Of a stretch of DNA of 64,000 nt, positions 28,088-38,094 are shown in pieces (position 1 is the first letter of the stretch; each line of letters begins with the position of its first letter). The position numbers and the translations under genes were made by a program. This DNA is from an uncultured Acidobacteriaceae bacterium (lineage in GTDB: Bacteria > Acidobacteriota > Terriglobia > Terriglobales > Acidobacteriaceae). The stretch spans positions 62,872 through 126,871 of the forward strand of contig CAWCJV010000017.1 of NCBI GenBank assembly GCA_963795845.1. Direction: 5' to 3'. The notes beneath the pieces were generated by a model that searched no databases, was not told the DNA's origin, and worked only from the letters and a program-made list of their open reading frames with translations.

Positions 28088-31000
28088 GCACTATATCGAA
28101 CTGCATGCCGCCAGCGCATTCAGCTTTCTTGAAGGCGCCTCTCTGCCGGAAGATCTTATTCAGCGGGCTGCGGAGTTGGATATGCCGGCTATGGCTCTGC
28201 TGGACCGCAATGGTGTATACGGAGCGGCGCGTTTTCACACCCTGGCCCATAAGCACGGCGTGCGCGCCCATGTTGGAGCGGAGATTGCTGTATCGAATCT
28301 GGGCAGGCGGCTCACACCTCCGGGATGGGTGCCGCATCAATATGCTCCTGAACCAGTGCGGCTGCCCCTTTTATGTGCATCACGCATTGGGTATCAGAAT
28401 CTGTGTCAATTGATTACCAAGTTCAAGATGCGGGAGACCACCAAGACCGAAGGCGCCGCCACGCTCGAAGACCTGGAAGAGTTTTCTGCGGGGCTTGTTT
28501 GCCTCACGGGGGGAGAGGAGGGTCCGCTGGCAGCCGCCCTGATGCGTGGGGGTGAAGCGGAAGCAGTGAAAGTTACAGAAAAACTTATCCGGCTCTTTGG
28601 ACGGGAAAATGTGTTTATCGAACTTCAGCGTCATGGCGAGCGGGAGGAAGAGTGGCGCAACCAGGCTGCGCTCGCTATTGCCCAGCGCTTGAGATTGCCT
28701 TTGCTGGCTACCAACGGCGTGCGCTATGCAAAGGCTTACGACCGGGAAATCCTCGATGTTTTTACGACGATCCGCCACCATACCAACCTGGAGCAGGCGG
28801 GCCGTCTGTTGAGTGTTAACCAGCAACGCCACCTGCGCCATGCGCAGGAGATGACCGCCAGGTTTAGCGACCTTCCTCTGGCGATTAAGCACACCGTTGC
28901 CTTGTCTGAGCGGCTGGAATTCGAATTGAATGATCTGGGGTATGAATTTCCCCGCTATCCGGTTCCTGCAGGCGAAACCATGGATAGCTTTCTCCGCAGG
29001 CTTACCGCAGAAGGGGTCTTGAAGCGATACGGGGCCAAGCACAACCGGAGTTTATTGGAAAAAGCGCAAAAGCAGGTGGAGCACGAGCTCGCATTGATTG
29101 AGAGATTGGGCTTTGCCGGTTATTTTCTGATCGTGTGGGACCTGATCGATTTCTGCAGGAAGAACGACATATTAGTGCAAGGCCGGGGGAGTGCTGCAAA
29201 TTCAGCTGTGTGTTATGCGCTGGAAATCACCGCGGTGGATCCTGTCGGCATGGACTTGTTGTTCGAACGCTTCCTGAGCGAAAGCCGCGGTGAATGGCCC
29301 GATATTGATCTGGATCTGCCCTCCGGAGATAAACGCGAGCAGGCGATTCAGTACATCTATACCCGCTACGGAGAGCTTGGGGCCGCCATCACAGCCAACG
29401 TGATTACGTATCGCGGCAAGTCGGCGTCGCGGGAGGTGGGCAAGGCCATGGGCTTCGATCCTGAAACGCTGGGACGGTTATCCAGCCTGGTTTCGCAGTG
29501 GGAATGGAAAGGAAAGAACGACACGCTGGAACATTCTTTTCTGCATGCCGGCTTTGATGTGAAGCATGCCCACATCCACAAGTTTCTCGAGCTTTGCATG
29601 CGGATACAGGATCTGCCGCGTCATCTTGGACAACATTCGGGAGGGATGGTGATCTGCCAGGGCCAGTTGGATCATGTGGTGCCGCTGGAACGATCCTCCA
29701 TGCCTGGGCGAACAGTGGTGCAGTGGGATAAGGAAGACTGTGCCGACCTGGGCATCATCAAAGTGGATTTGTTGGGTCTGGGGATGATGGCAGTCATCCA
29801 GAACTGCCTGGACCTGGTCACGCAGCATTACGATGAGCCAGTTGATCTGGCGCGGCTACCGCAGGATCCTGTGGTCTACAAAACCTTACAGGTGGCAGAT
29901 ACCGTGGGCATGTTTCAGGTGGAGAGCCGGGCACAAATGGCTTCCTTGCCTCGCAACAAGCCGGATAAGTTTTATGACCTGGTGGTGCAGGTGGCCATCA
30001 TCCGGCCGGGCCCGATCGTGGGCAAGATGATGCACCCGTACATGCGTCGGCGGCAGAAAAAAGAGGAAGTAACTTATCCGCATCCTTCGCTGGAGCCAGT
30101 GCTGAAGCGGACGCTGGGCGTTCCTCTTTTTCAGGAACAGCTGTTGCGCATGGCAATGACGGTGGCGGATTTTTCAGGGTCGGAAGCAGAGGAGTTGCGG
30201 CGCGCTGTGGGCATGCGCCGTTCATGGCAACGAATGGAGCAACTGGAAGTGAAGCTGCGTACCGGCATGACGAAAAATGGCCTGAATGCAGCCACCCAGG
30301 ACAATATTATTCAGAACATTACTTCCTTCGCGCTTTATGGCTTTCCTGAATCGCATGCCGCCAGCTTCGCGTTGATTGCGTATGCTTCTGCGTATTTCAA
30401 GGTGCGATACCTGGCTGCGTTCACCTGCGCCATTCTCAACAATCAGCCGATGGGGTTTTATTCGCCTGCAGTGCTGGTTAAGGATGCGCAGCGGCATGGG
30501 CTGCGGATACGGCCCATTGACGTGCAGGTTTCGCAATGGTTATGTACGGTGGAGCATGAGAATAATGGTGAGCGCTCCGTGCGCCTGGGGCTTTTGTATG
30601 CCAAGGGGTTACGACAGGACGTAGGGGAAGCAATCGTCGAGTCACGAAATCGGACAGGATTGTTTTGTTCCGCAGTGGAACTTACCCGGCGTGTGCCCTT
30701 GCTGCAGCGCAAGGAGCTTACGCTGCTGGCCCGCATCGGGGCTCTGAATTGCCTGGATGGCATCGATCATCGTCGCGATGCTGTTTGGCAGGTGGAAGAG
30801 GCGGTGCGGCCGGTGGGCCCTTTGCTGAAGCCGCATCATGGGCAGCAGGTGGTTTCTTCGCCCCTACAGCAAATGACTACGGACGAGAGGTTGAGTGCGG
30901 ACTATTCCGGCACTGGGCTGACGGTGGGGAAACATCCGTTGCACTATCGCCGCCGCGAGCTACAGGCTATGAAGGTGCTGACATCAGCGGAGTTGCGAAA

Positions 31001-31289
31001 TTACCAGGATGGACAGTATGTGCGCTCAGCCGGTTGCGTGATTGCGCGGCAACGCCCCGGGACGGCTAAGGGTTTCATTTTTATTTCCATGGAAGATGAG
31101 ACGGGGATTGCGAATGTCATTATTACTCCCGATCTTTATGAGCGGGAGCGGGTGGTGGTGACTCGTAGCAAATTTATTTTGGTGGAGGGGGCGCTGCAGA
31201 ATCAGGATGGGGTGATTCATATCAAGGCCAAACGGATTGAGAATTTGGCTTTCAGTAATCTGGAGGTTCGGTCACACGATTTTCATTAG
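28080..31289 (+). CDS. dnaE2: error-prone DNA polymerase III alpha-like subunit
   Basis: The PHP N-terminus is YIELHAASAFSFLEGAS. Further matches include GRGSAANSAVCYALEIT, IDLDL, and KVDLLGLGMM with VADTVGMFQVESR, plus a C-terminal OB region. The start overlaps the imuB stop by 8 nt. Confidence 0.92.
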   Translation: MTEHYIELHAASAFSFLEGASLPEDLIQRAAELDMPAMALLDRNGVYGAARFHTLAHKHGVRAHVGAEIAVSNLGRRLTPPGWVPHQYAPEPVRLPLLCASRIGYQNLCQLITKFKMRETTKTEGAATLEDLEEFSAGLVCLTGGEEGPLAAALMRGGEAEAVKVTEKLIRLFGRENVFIELQRHGEREEEWRNQAALAIAQRLRLPLLATNGVRYAKAYDREILDVFTTIRHHTNLEQAGRLLSVNQQRHLRHAQEMTARFSDLPLAIKHTVALSERLEFELNDLGYEFPRYPVPAGETMDSFLRRLTAEGVLKRYGAKHNRSLLEKAQKQVEHELALIERLGFAGYFLIVWDLIDFCRKNDILVQGRGSAANSAVCYALEITAVDPVGMDLLFERFLSESRGEWPDIDLDLPSGDKREQAIQYIYTRYGELGAAITANVITYRGKSASREVGKAMGFDPETLGRLSSLVSQWEWKGKNDTLEHSFLHAGFDVKHAHIHKFLELCMRIQDLPRHLGQHSGGMVICQGQLDHVVPLERSSMPGRTVVQWDKEDCADLGIIKVDLLGLGMMAVIQNCLDLVTQHYDEPVDLARLPQDPVVYKTLQVADTVGMFQVESRAQMASLPRNKPDKFYDLVVQVAIIRPGPIVGKMMHPYMRRRQKKEEVTYPHPSLEPVLKRTLGVPLFQEQLLRMAMTVADFSGSEAEELRRAVGMRRSWQRMEQLEVKLRTGMTKNGLNAATQDNIIQNITSFALYGFPESHAASFALIAYASAYFKVRYLAAFTCAILNNQPMGFYSPAVLVKDAQRHGLRIRPIDVQVSQWLCTVEHENNGERSVRLGLLYAKGLRQDVGEAIVESRNRTGLFCSAVELTRRVPLLQRKELTLLARIGALNCLDGIDHRRDAVWQVEEAVRPVGPLLKPHHGQQVVSSPLQQMTTDERLSADYSGTGLTVGKHPLHYRRRELQAMKVLTSAELRNYQDGQYVRSAGCVIARQRPGTAKGFIFISMEDETGIANVIITPDLYERERVVVTRSKFILVEGALQNQDGVIHIKAKRIENLAFSNLEVRSHDFH

Positions 31290-31371
31290 GGCGAGCAACG
31301 GTACGCCGGGGAGGGCTCCTTCACTATCTTCCAAATACATGGACAGAGTTGCGCATCGTGGACTGTGGTAT

Positions 31372-31410
31372 CCCACATCTCGCGAAAAACGAGCGAGATG
31401 TGGGGCACCC
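31372..31410. repeat. 'hairpin + GGGGCACCC' unit downstream of dnaE2
   Basis: The unit is cccacatctcgc-gaaaaacga-gcgagatgtggg-gcaccc. It probably doubles as a terminator between convergent genes. Confidence 0.7.
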
Positions 31411-31445
31411 GATCTCTGTTACTGGTACAGGACCCTTGGGCTTAA

Positions 31446-32618
31446 TTACGACTGGAACATTTGCTTGATGCCTCGGAGGGCTTGGCGGGTTCTTTCTTCG
31501 TTTTCGATCAGGGAGAAGCGGACGTGCTCGTCTCCGTGTTCGCCGAAGCCGACACCTGGGCTTACTGCGACCTTGGCATCGGTTAAGAGCTTCTTGGAAA
31601 ATTCGAGGGAGCCCATGGCTTTGTATCGCTCCGGGATGGAGGCCCAGACGAACATCGTTGCCTTGGGCATCGGCACTTGCCAGTTCAGTTGGTTGAGCCC
31701 TTTGACCAAGACATCGCGCCGTTTGCGGTAGTTGTCGCAGATTTCCTGCACGCAGTCCTGCGGGCCCTCAAGCGCCAGAATCGAGGCCACCTGAATTGGG
31801 GTAAAGGTGCCGTAGTCGAAGTAGCTCTTGAGCCTTCCGAGTGCTGCTACTAATACGGGATTGCCCACCATGAAGCCAACCCGCCAGCCGGGCATGTTGT
31901 AGCTCTTGGATAGAGTGAAAAATTCGACGGCGATATCCTTCGCTCCCGGCACCTGCAGGATGGAAGGCGCCTTGTATCCGTCAAAAACAATATCTGCGTA
32001 TGCCAGGTCGTGCACCAGGTAGATCTGAAATTCCTTGCAGAGAGCAACCACCCGCTCGAAGAACTTCAGGTCCACACATTGGGTAGTGGGATTCGCAGGG
32101 AAATTCAGGATCAACATCTTGGGACGCGGGTACATCAGGGGGACTGAATGTTCCAGCTCCGCCAGGAAATCATCGGTGCTGTGTACCGGGATGGCGCGGA
32201 CATTGGCCCCGGAGATCACCGGACCATAAATGTGAATGGGATAGCTGGGGCTGGGGACTGCGACGACGTCGCCACGATCAAGCGTGGCCAGGCAGAGATG
32301 AGCAATGCCCTCCTTGGAGCCTATGGTGACGATGGCCTCGGTCAACGGGTCGAGCTGCACGTCATAGCGCTTCTGATACCAATTGCAAATCGCCTTGCGC
32401 AGACGAGGGATTCCCTTGGACAACGAGTAGCGATGGGTCGCCGTCTTTCCCGCCGCTTCAATCATCTTGTCGACGATGTGCTTCGGCGTTGCGCCATCAG
32501 GGTTGCCCATGCCGAAGTCGATGATGTCTTCTCCCCGCGCACGCGCCGCTGCCTTCATCTCGCCGGTTATGTTGAAGACGTAGGGCGGAAGGCGTTTCAA
32601 CCTCAAGAATTCTTGCAT
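31446..32618 (-). CDS. class I/II PLP aminotransferase (AlaA/AspC-like)
   Basis: It reads [17 protein letters not shown]...DFGMGNPD...YS.S.G...LR with the PLP-lysine motif [14 protein letters not shown]. The ATG at 32618 is preferred over the longer ORF. Confidence 0.85.
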   Translation of the reverse strand: MQEFLRLKRLPPYVFNITGEMKAAARARGEDIIDFGMGNPDGATPKHIVDKMIEAAGKTATHRYSLSKGIPRLRKAICNWYQKRYDVQLDPLTEAIVTIGSKEGIAHLCLATLDRGDVVAVPSPSYPIHIYGPVISGANVRAIPVHSTDDFLAELEHSVPLMYPRPKMLILNFPANPTTQCVDLKFFERVVALCKEFQIYLVHDLAYADIVFDGYKAPSILQVPGAKDIAVEFFTLSKSYNMPGWRVGFMVGNPVLVAALGRLKSYFDYGTFTPIQVASILALEGPQDCVQEICDNYRKRRDVLVKGLNQLNWQVPMPKATMFVWASIPERYKAMGSLEFSKKLLTDAKVAVSPGVGFGEHGDEHVRFSLIENEERTRQALRGIKQMFQS

Positions 32619-32637
32619 TGGCCTGGTTCCTATGGTG

Positions 32638-33849
32638 CTATTGGATACGCTCATACCGATAGCCCTCAACTTCCAGCGCATGGCCAATCGCGGTGATATG
32701 CGCTGCGCCTCGCGTTTCGAGTGTGATGTCTATAACTGTATCGCCCAGATTGACGCCGTAATAAGCACGATTGTGCAGGGTCTCGACTATGTTCGCCCGC
32801 TGGTCGGAGAGGATCTTCGTCAATTGATGCAGAGCACCCGGCCGGTCGGCAAGATGGACGCGGATACGTACGCGGCGGCCATCCTTGACCAAACCCCGTT
32901 CGATGATTCTGGAAAGCAGGCTTACATCGATATTGCCGCCGCAGACCAGGACCGCGGTGCGTTGCCCGTTCAGCGAGGTCTTTTTCTGTAGCAGCGCCGC
33001 CAGGGCCACGGCCCCGGCGCCTTCGGCGAGCGTTTTCTCCCGTTCCAGCAAGACCATGATGGCGTTGGCGATTTCTTCCTCGTCGACGGTGACGATCTCA
33101 TCGACATAGCGTTCGACCAGGGGCAACGTGCGATCCCCGGCACGGCGAACCGCGATGCCATCAGCGATGGTCGCTTCAGCAGGAAGCGTGATGGGGCTCC
33201 CATGCTGCATGGCGCGCAACATGGAGGGGAGGCGCTCCGTTTGTACGCCCACCACACGAATGGCGGGATTGCTCTCCTTCAAAGCGCAGGCGACGCCGCT
33301 GATCAAACCGCCTCCGCCGATGGGCACCACGACTGCCTCCAGTCCCTGCACTTGCTCCAGCAACTCGAGGCCGATCGTTCCCTGGCCGTTGATTACAGCG
33401 GCGTCATCGAAGGGATGCAGAAACGTCAAACCTTCCTGTTGGCAGATTCTGAGCGCCTCATCACAGGCCTCGTCGTAGTTGGCGCCGTGCAGGATGACCT
33501 CGGCTCCGAATCCGCGGGTGGCCGAGATCTTCACCAGGGGGGTCATCAGGGGCATGACGATGCGGGCTGAAACGCCGCGCTGGGTGGCGTGGTAGGCCAC
33601 GGCCTGGGCGTGATTTCCGGCGCTGGCGGCAATGACGCCGCGGCGCTTTTCATCGTCACTCAGCAGCAAGATCCGGTTGAGCGCACCACGCTCCTTGAAT
33701 GCGCCGGTCCGCTGGAGATTATCCAACTTAAGAAAGACCTGTTGACCGGTGACCTCGGAAAGCGCGGCCGAGAGCTGGCAAGGAGAGAAGTAGATGAAAT
33801 TGCGAATTCTCTGTTCTGCTTTTTTTATCTGCTCGAGCGAAACGTCCAC
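32638..33849 (-). CDS. ilvA: threonine ammonia-lyase (short form with one ACT-like domain)
   Basis: The PLP site is [13 protein letters not shown] and the phosphate loop is [10 protein letters not shown]-terminal ACT-like regulatory domain is present. 403 aa. Confidence 0.85.
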   Translation of the reverse strand: MDVSLEQIKKAEQRIRNFIYFSPCQLSAALSEVTGQQVFLKLDNLQRTGAFKERGALNRILLLSDDEKRRGVIAASAGNHAQAVAYHATQRGVSARIVMPLMTPLVKISATRGFGAEVILHGANYDEACDEALRICQQEGLTFLHPFDDAAVINGQGTIGLELLEQVQGLEAVVVPIGGGGLISGVACALKESNPAIRVVGVQTERLPSMLRAMQHGSPITLPAEATIADGIAVRRAGDRTLPLVERYVDEIVTVDEEEIANAIMVLLEREKTLAEGAGAVALAALLQKKTSLNGQRTAVLVCGGNIDVSLLSRIIERGLVKDGRRVRIRVHLADRPGALHQLTKILSDQRANIVETLHNRAYYGVNLGDTVIDITLETRGAAHITAIGHALEVEGYRYERIQ

Positions 33850-33955
33850 AGTTGATTAAAACATTTCTCAGCTTGCTCCCAAAAGGGGAGGGGTTGCGAA
33901 CGCCACCCCTGGTGCCCACGTGCTCATGGAGATGCGCGGTAGACTGAGAAGCAGA

Positions 33956-36900
33956 ATGACCGCATCTGAATCCGGAACTATCGCGGTTCTGGCCGAAAAA
34001 CCTTCGGTCGCGCGTGACATCGCCCGCGTGCTCGGAGCCGACAAACGAGGGACCGGCTACCTGCAAGGAAACGGCTACGTGGTGACCTGGGCCATTGGGC
34101 ACCTGGTCTCGTTAGCGGAGCCGCACCAGATCAATCCCCAGTGGAAGCAATGGAGGCTGGAGTCGCTGCCGATTCTGCCCGACCAGTGGCCGCTGGTGGT
34201 CTACGAGCGCAGCAAAGAGCAGTTCGAAGTGGTGCAGAAGATACTCCAGTCTCCGCGCGTGTCGAGCATCGTGTGCGCGACGGATGCGGGGCGTGAAGGG
34301 GAGCTGATTTTCCGTTATATCTACGAGGCGGCGAAGAGTAAGAAGCCTTTCAGCAGGTTGTGGATTTCCTCACTGACCCCAGACGCGATCCGCAGAGGGT
34401 TTTCAAGCCTTCGGCCGGGGAGCGACTACGACCGGCTGGCGGACGCCGCCTGCGGACGCAGCCGGGCCGATTGGCTCGTCGGGATGAACCTTTCTCGCGC
34501 ATATTCGATCGTCTACAACGAGGAGCTTTCCGTGGGCCGGGTGCAGACGCCGACACTGGCCATGATCGTCGAACGGGAACTGGCTCTGCGCAGCTTCGTA
34601 CCCGAGGATTACCTGCACGTCGTAGCGACTTTCCAGGCGGCGGAAGCCGCGGAAACGTATGACGGCACCTGGTTCCGGCTTGAAGTCAAAAGCAACGAGA
34701 GCAGCCGGTTGGCCGCCGATGGCCTGGAAGCTGAGCAGATCATGGCACGGGCTCGCGTGGGCAAAGCCGCAATCGAGTCGCTTACCGCGGAGACTGTGCG
34801 TACGCCGCCTCCCCTGCTGTACGATCTGACGGATCTGCAGCGGCATGCCAACCGTCTTTACGGCTTCAGCGCACAAAGGACGCTTGATCTGGCCCAGGCG
34901 CTGTATGAACAGCACAAACTCATCAGCTACCCACGCACCGACAGCCGCCACCTTTCGACGGATATCGCGGCCACGATTCCCAGGATCGTTGAGGTTATTT
35001 CCAGCCGCTACCAGGAGCACCTGGCTCCGGGAACCGGGGAACGCGCCCTGGGCAAGCGTTACGTGGACGACAGCAAGGTCAGCGATCACCACGCGATTAT
35101 TCCTACCGCGGTCACCATGCAACCAGACCGGCTTTCTGATGAGGAAAGCAAGATCTACGACCTGGTTTGCCGGCGACTGCTGATGTTGTGGCATGCGGAC
35201 CACCTGCAGGAAGTGACCACGGTGATTACGGCGATCCGGACGGCAACGGGACCTGTCGTGGACAGGTTCCGCACCACGGGCACAGTAGTGCGGCAAATTG
35301 GCTGGAAAGTTCTTGACCCTGGAGCAGATGCCCGCCGGCGCGATGCGCGGAACGAAGTAGCCGATGAGTCATTGCCGGCAACGCTCGCTGAAGGTCAGGC
35401 GCAGAACGTAACCAAGATAGAAGCGCAAAAGAAGAAGACCCGGCCGCCGCAACGGTTCACCGATGCGACCATCCTGACCGCTATGCAGACGGCGGGCAAG
35501 AGTCTGGACGAGAAAGAGCTATCGGACGCGATGAAGGAGACCGGGCTGGGCACCCCTGCCACGCGGGCGGCCATCATCGAAGTGCTCTTGAAGCGGGGCT
35601 ACATCACGCGAAGCGGCAAGAGCCTCGAGGCCACTGACAAAGGAATACACCTGATCGAGGTTGTACATCCGGAAGTGAAGAGCCCGGCAATGACCGGGCA
35701 ATGGGAAGCATTTCTCAATCGTATCCAGCACGGTGAAGCGCAGTTGGATCCCTTCTTAGAACGGATCAGCGACTACGTTCGCTCGGTGGTGGGCCGGGTG
35801 AGTCAAACGACGCCCGTGGCGCGGGCCGGTGCTGCCCGGGTTGCAGAATCCGCCGCGGAGCCGGCGAGCAGCAGAGAAGTTCCTGCGGCAAAAGTGATTC
35901 CCAGCAACGCCAGCCTCAACCAACTGCTGGAAAGCGTCTTCGGGTTTTCGAGCTTCCGCCCCAACCAGGAGGCGGTCTGCCGGTCGGTGACCGCGGGCGA
36001 AGACGCGCTGCTGGTAATGCCGACCGGTTCGGGCAAGTCGCTCTGCTATCAGTTGCCGGGATTGGCGCGCGGGGGAACGACGCTGGTCATTAGTCCGTTG
36101 ATCGCTTTGATGGATGACCAGGTGGGCAAGCTGAAGCGCCTCGGCCTGGCTGCCGAGTGCATCCACTCTGGCCGTGATCGGGAAAGTTCCCGGCAGGCTT
36201 GCGTGGATTACGTGAAGGGTAACCTTCAGTTTTTATTCATCGCTCCGGAGCGGTTGCGTGTGCCGGGTTTTCCCGAGCTGCTGGCGAAACGCAAGCCCTC
36301 GTTGATCGCCATCGACGAGGCGCATTGCATCTCGCAATGGGGGCACGACTTTCGCCCGGACTACCGCATGCTGGGCCAGTACCTGCCGAGTTTCCGGCCC
36401 GCGCCGGCGTTGGCCCTGACTGCGACCGCGACCCCGCTGGTGCAGAAGGACATCGCGACGCAACTCGGGCTGTCCACGGTCAAGCATTTTATCCATGGCT
36501 TCCGCCGGGAGAATATCGGCATCGAGATTGTGGAGGCGCTGCCTTCCCATCGGCCTGGGTTGGCCAGGGCGATCCTGCTTGAGGCCGGCAATCGCCCGGC
36601 GATTGTGTACACACCCACCCGCAAACAGGCGGAAGCCTTGTCTACGGAGTGGGCGCGTGAGTTTCGCGTGGCGGGCTACCATGCCGGCCTCGACGCCAAT
36701 CGCCGGCGGCGGGTGCAAGAGGAGTTCATGACCGGCAAGCTGGACGTTATGGTCGCCACCACGGCCTTTGGGATGGGCATTGACAAAGCCGATGTCCGCA
36801 CCGTGATTCACACCGCGGTTCCCGGCAGCCTGGAAGGCTACTACCAGGAGATTGGCCGCGCAGGGCGAGATGGAAAGCCCAGCCGGGCGATCCTCATGTA

Positions 36901-37951
36901 CTCCTATGCGGACCGTCACACGCACGATTTTTTCATCGGCCGGGACTACCCGCCGGTCGCGTTGCTGGATCGAATTTTTTTGAAGCTACGCGAACAACCG
37001 CAAAGCAAGGATGCGGTGCGCAAACTGGCGAAGATGGATGAGGATGTCTTTGATAAGGCTCTCGAAAAACTATGGATTCACAAGGGCGCCTTGGTGGACT
37101 TTGCGGAGAACGTAAGTCTTGGCGTGGACAACTGGAGGGGTTCCTACACTCTGCAGGCGGATCAGAAAAAAGATCAACTGGAAGAAATCATCCGCTATGC
37201 AGAGGGCCATCACTGCCGCATGAAATCCCTGGTCCACCATTTTGGGGATACTTCCGACACCGGCGCAGGCTGCGGGATGTGCGATTTTTGCGCACCGGTG
37301 GATTGTATTGCGCAGAAATTCCGCTCACCTACGCATGCGGAACGAATCGCCTGCGACCAGGTTCTCAAAAAGCTGCGTGGGATTTCTGCCAGGTCCACAG
37401 GGAAGCTGCATACTGACCTTTACCCTGATGGCGAGATGAGCCGGGATGATTTTGAAGAGGTTTTGGGAGCGATGGCCCGGGGGGAGTTGATCGCGTTTAC
37501 CGAGGCGGTGTTTGAGACCCAGGGGAAGCGAATTCCCTACCGCAACGTCAGCATTTTGCCAGCCGGGCTCAGCTTCCATGAGAGTGAAGCTCATCGGTTC
37601 GTGATGCGTGATACGGTGGCTCCTTCAGCGGCTGACAAACGAGGGAAAAAACTTAAGTTCGCGGAGTCTTCAAAGCCAACGCGAGGCAGGTTCGCGAAGT
37701 CATCATCGGGTGAGTCCGCGCCGCCGGAGCGGCAGGCGCGCCTCGAGCAGGCATTGCGGGCCTGGCGGTTGAATGAGGCGAAACGGAGAAAGATGCCGGC
37801 GTTTCGCATCTTTGGCGATCGAACGTTGCGGAATATTGCGAGTTCGTGCCCGAGGACGGATTCCGACTTCCTGGCGGTGCCTGGGATTGGCATGGGCACC
37901 GTGGAAAAATATGGCGCCCAGATCTACCACTTGATTGAAAGCGCGGAGTAA
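33956..37951 (+). CDS. fusion protein: DNA topoisomerase III (type IA) N-terminal half + RecQ-family DNA helicase C-terminal half
   Basis: One uninterrupted ORF (track 33920-37951).
- TopB part: AEKPSVARD, WAIGHL, DAGREGE, and catalytic Tyr in LISYPRTDSRHL (codon 34928-34930).
- RecQ part: FRPNQ, MPTGSGKS, DEAH (36314-36325), LTATAT, QEIGRAGRDG, the Cys cluster CRMK..GCGMCDFC, and an HRDC-like tail.
- The likely start is ATG at 33956. Confidence 0.85.
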   Translation: MTASESGTIAVLAEKPSVARDIARVLGADKRGTGYLQGNGYVVTWAIGHLVSLAEPHQINPQWKQWRLESLPILPDQWPLVVYERSKEQFEVVQKILQSPRVSSIVCATDAGREGELIFRYIYEAAKSKKPFSRLWISSLTPDAIRRGFSSLRPGSDYDRLADAACGRSRADWLVGMNLSRAYSIVYNEELSVGRVQTPTLAMIVERELALRSFVPEDYLHVVATFQAAEAAETYDGTWFRLEVKSNESSRLAADGLEAEQIMARARVGKAAIESLTAETVRTPPPLLYDLTDLQRHANRLYGFSAQRTLDLAQALYEQHKLISYPRTDSRHLSTDIAATIPRIVEVISSRYQEHLAPGTGERALGKRYVDDSKVSDHHAIIPTAVTMQPDRLSDEESKIYDLVCRRLLMLWHADHLQEVTTVITAIRTATGPVVDRFRTTGTVVRQIGWKVLDPGADARRRDARNEVADESLPATLAEGQAQNVTKIEAQKKKTRPPQRFTDATILTAMQTAGKSLDEKELSDAMKETGLGTPATRAAIIEVLLKRGYITRSGKSLEATDKGIHLIEVVHPEVKSPAMTGQWEAFLNRIQHGEAQLDPFLERISDYVRSVVGRVSQTTPVARAGAARVAESAAEPASSREVPAAKVIPSNASLNQLLESVFGFSSFRPNQEAVCRSVTAGEDALLVMPTGSGKSLCYQLPGLARGGTTLVISPLIALMDDQVGKLKRLGLAAECIHSGRDRESSRQACVDYVKGNLQFLFIAPERLRVPGFPELLAKRKPSLIAIDEAHCISQWGHDFRPDYRMLGQYLPSFRPAPALALTATATPLVQKDIATQLGLSTVKHFIHGFRRENIGIEIVEALPSHRPGLARAILLEAGNRPAIVYTPTRKQAEALSTEWAREFRVAGYHAGLDANRRRRVQEEFMTGKLDVMVATTAFGMGIDKADVRTVIHTAVPGSLEGYYQEIGRAGRDGKPSRAILMYSYADRHTHDFFIGRDYPPVALLDRIFLKLREQPQSKDAVRKLAKMDEDVFDKALEKLWIHKGALVDFAENVSLGVDNWRGSYTLQADQKKDQLEEIIRYAEGHHCRMKSLVHHFGDTSDTGAGCGMCDFCAPVDCIAQKFRSPTHAERIACDQVLKKLRGISARSTGKLHTDLYPDGEMSRDDFEEVLGAMARGELIAFTEAVFETQGKRIPYRNVSILPAGLSFHESEAHRFVMRDTVAPSAADKRGKKLKFAESSKPTRGRFAKSSSGESAPPERQARLEQALRAWRLNEAKRRKMPAFRIFGDRTLRNIASSCPRTDSDFLAVPGIGMGTVEKYGAQIYHLIESAE

Positions 37952-37960
37952 GCAAGGGTA

Positions 37961-37981
37961 GGCCGGGATTTATCCCCGGCC
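37961..37981 (+). terminator. short GC hairpin after the topB-recQ ORF
   Basis: The stem is ggccggg-atttatc-cccggcc, starting 10 nt after the stop and followed by an A/T-rich stretch. Confidence 0.5.
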
Positions 37982-38094
37982 TAAATATTGTCGTCCTTGT
38001 GACCATTAGACCGTGATGGCAAGGTTTTCGCAGAACTAAATTGGAAGATCACACCTCACGATCTCGCCCGTTTGACGTATGGGCGAGCGAGTGT

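Noticed and set aside
33956-37951. The TopB-RecQ ORF could be a reverse gyrase.
   Set aside because: Reverse gyrase has the helicase-like module N-terminal to the topoisomerase and lacks RecQ hallmarks. Here the order is topoisomerase then helicase, with a DEAH box, a RecQ Zn cluster and an HRDC-like tail.
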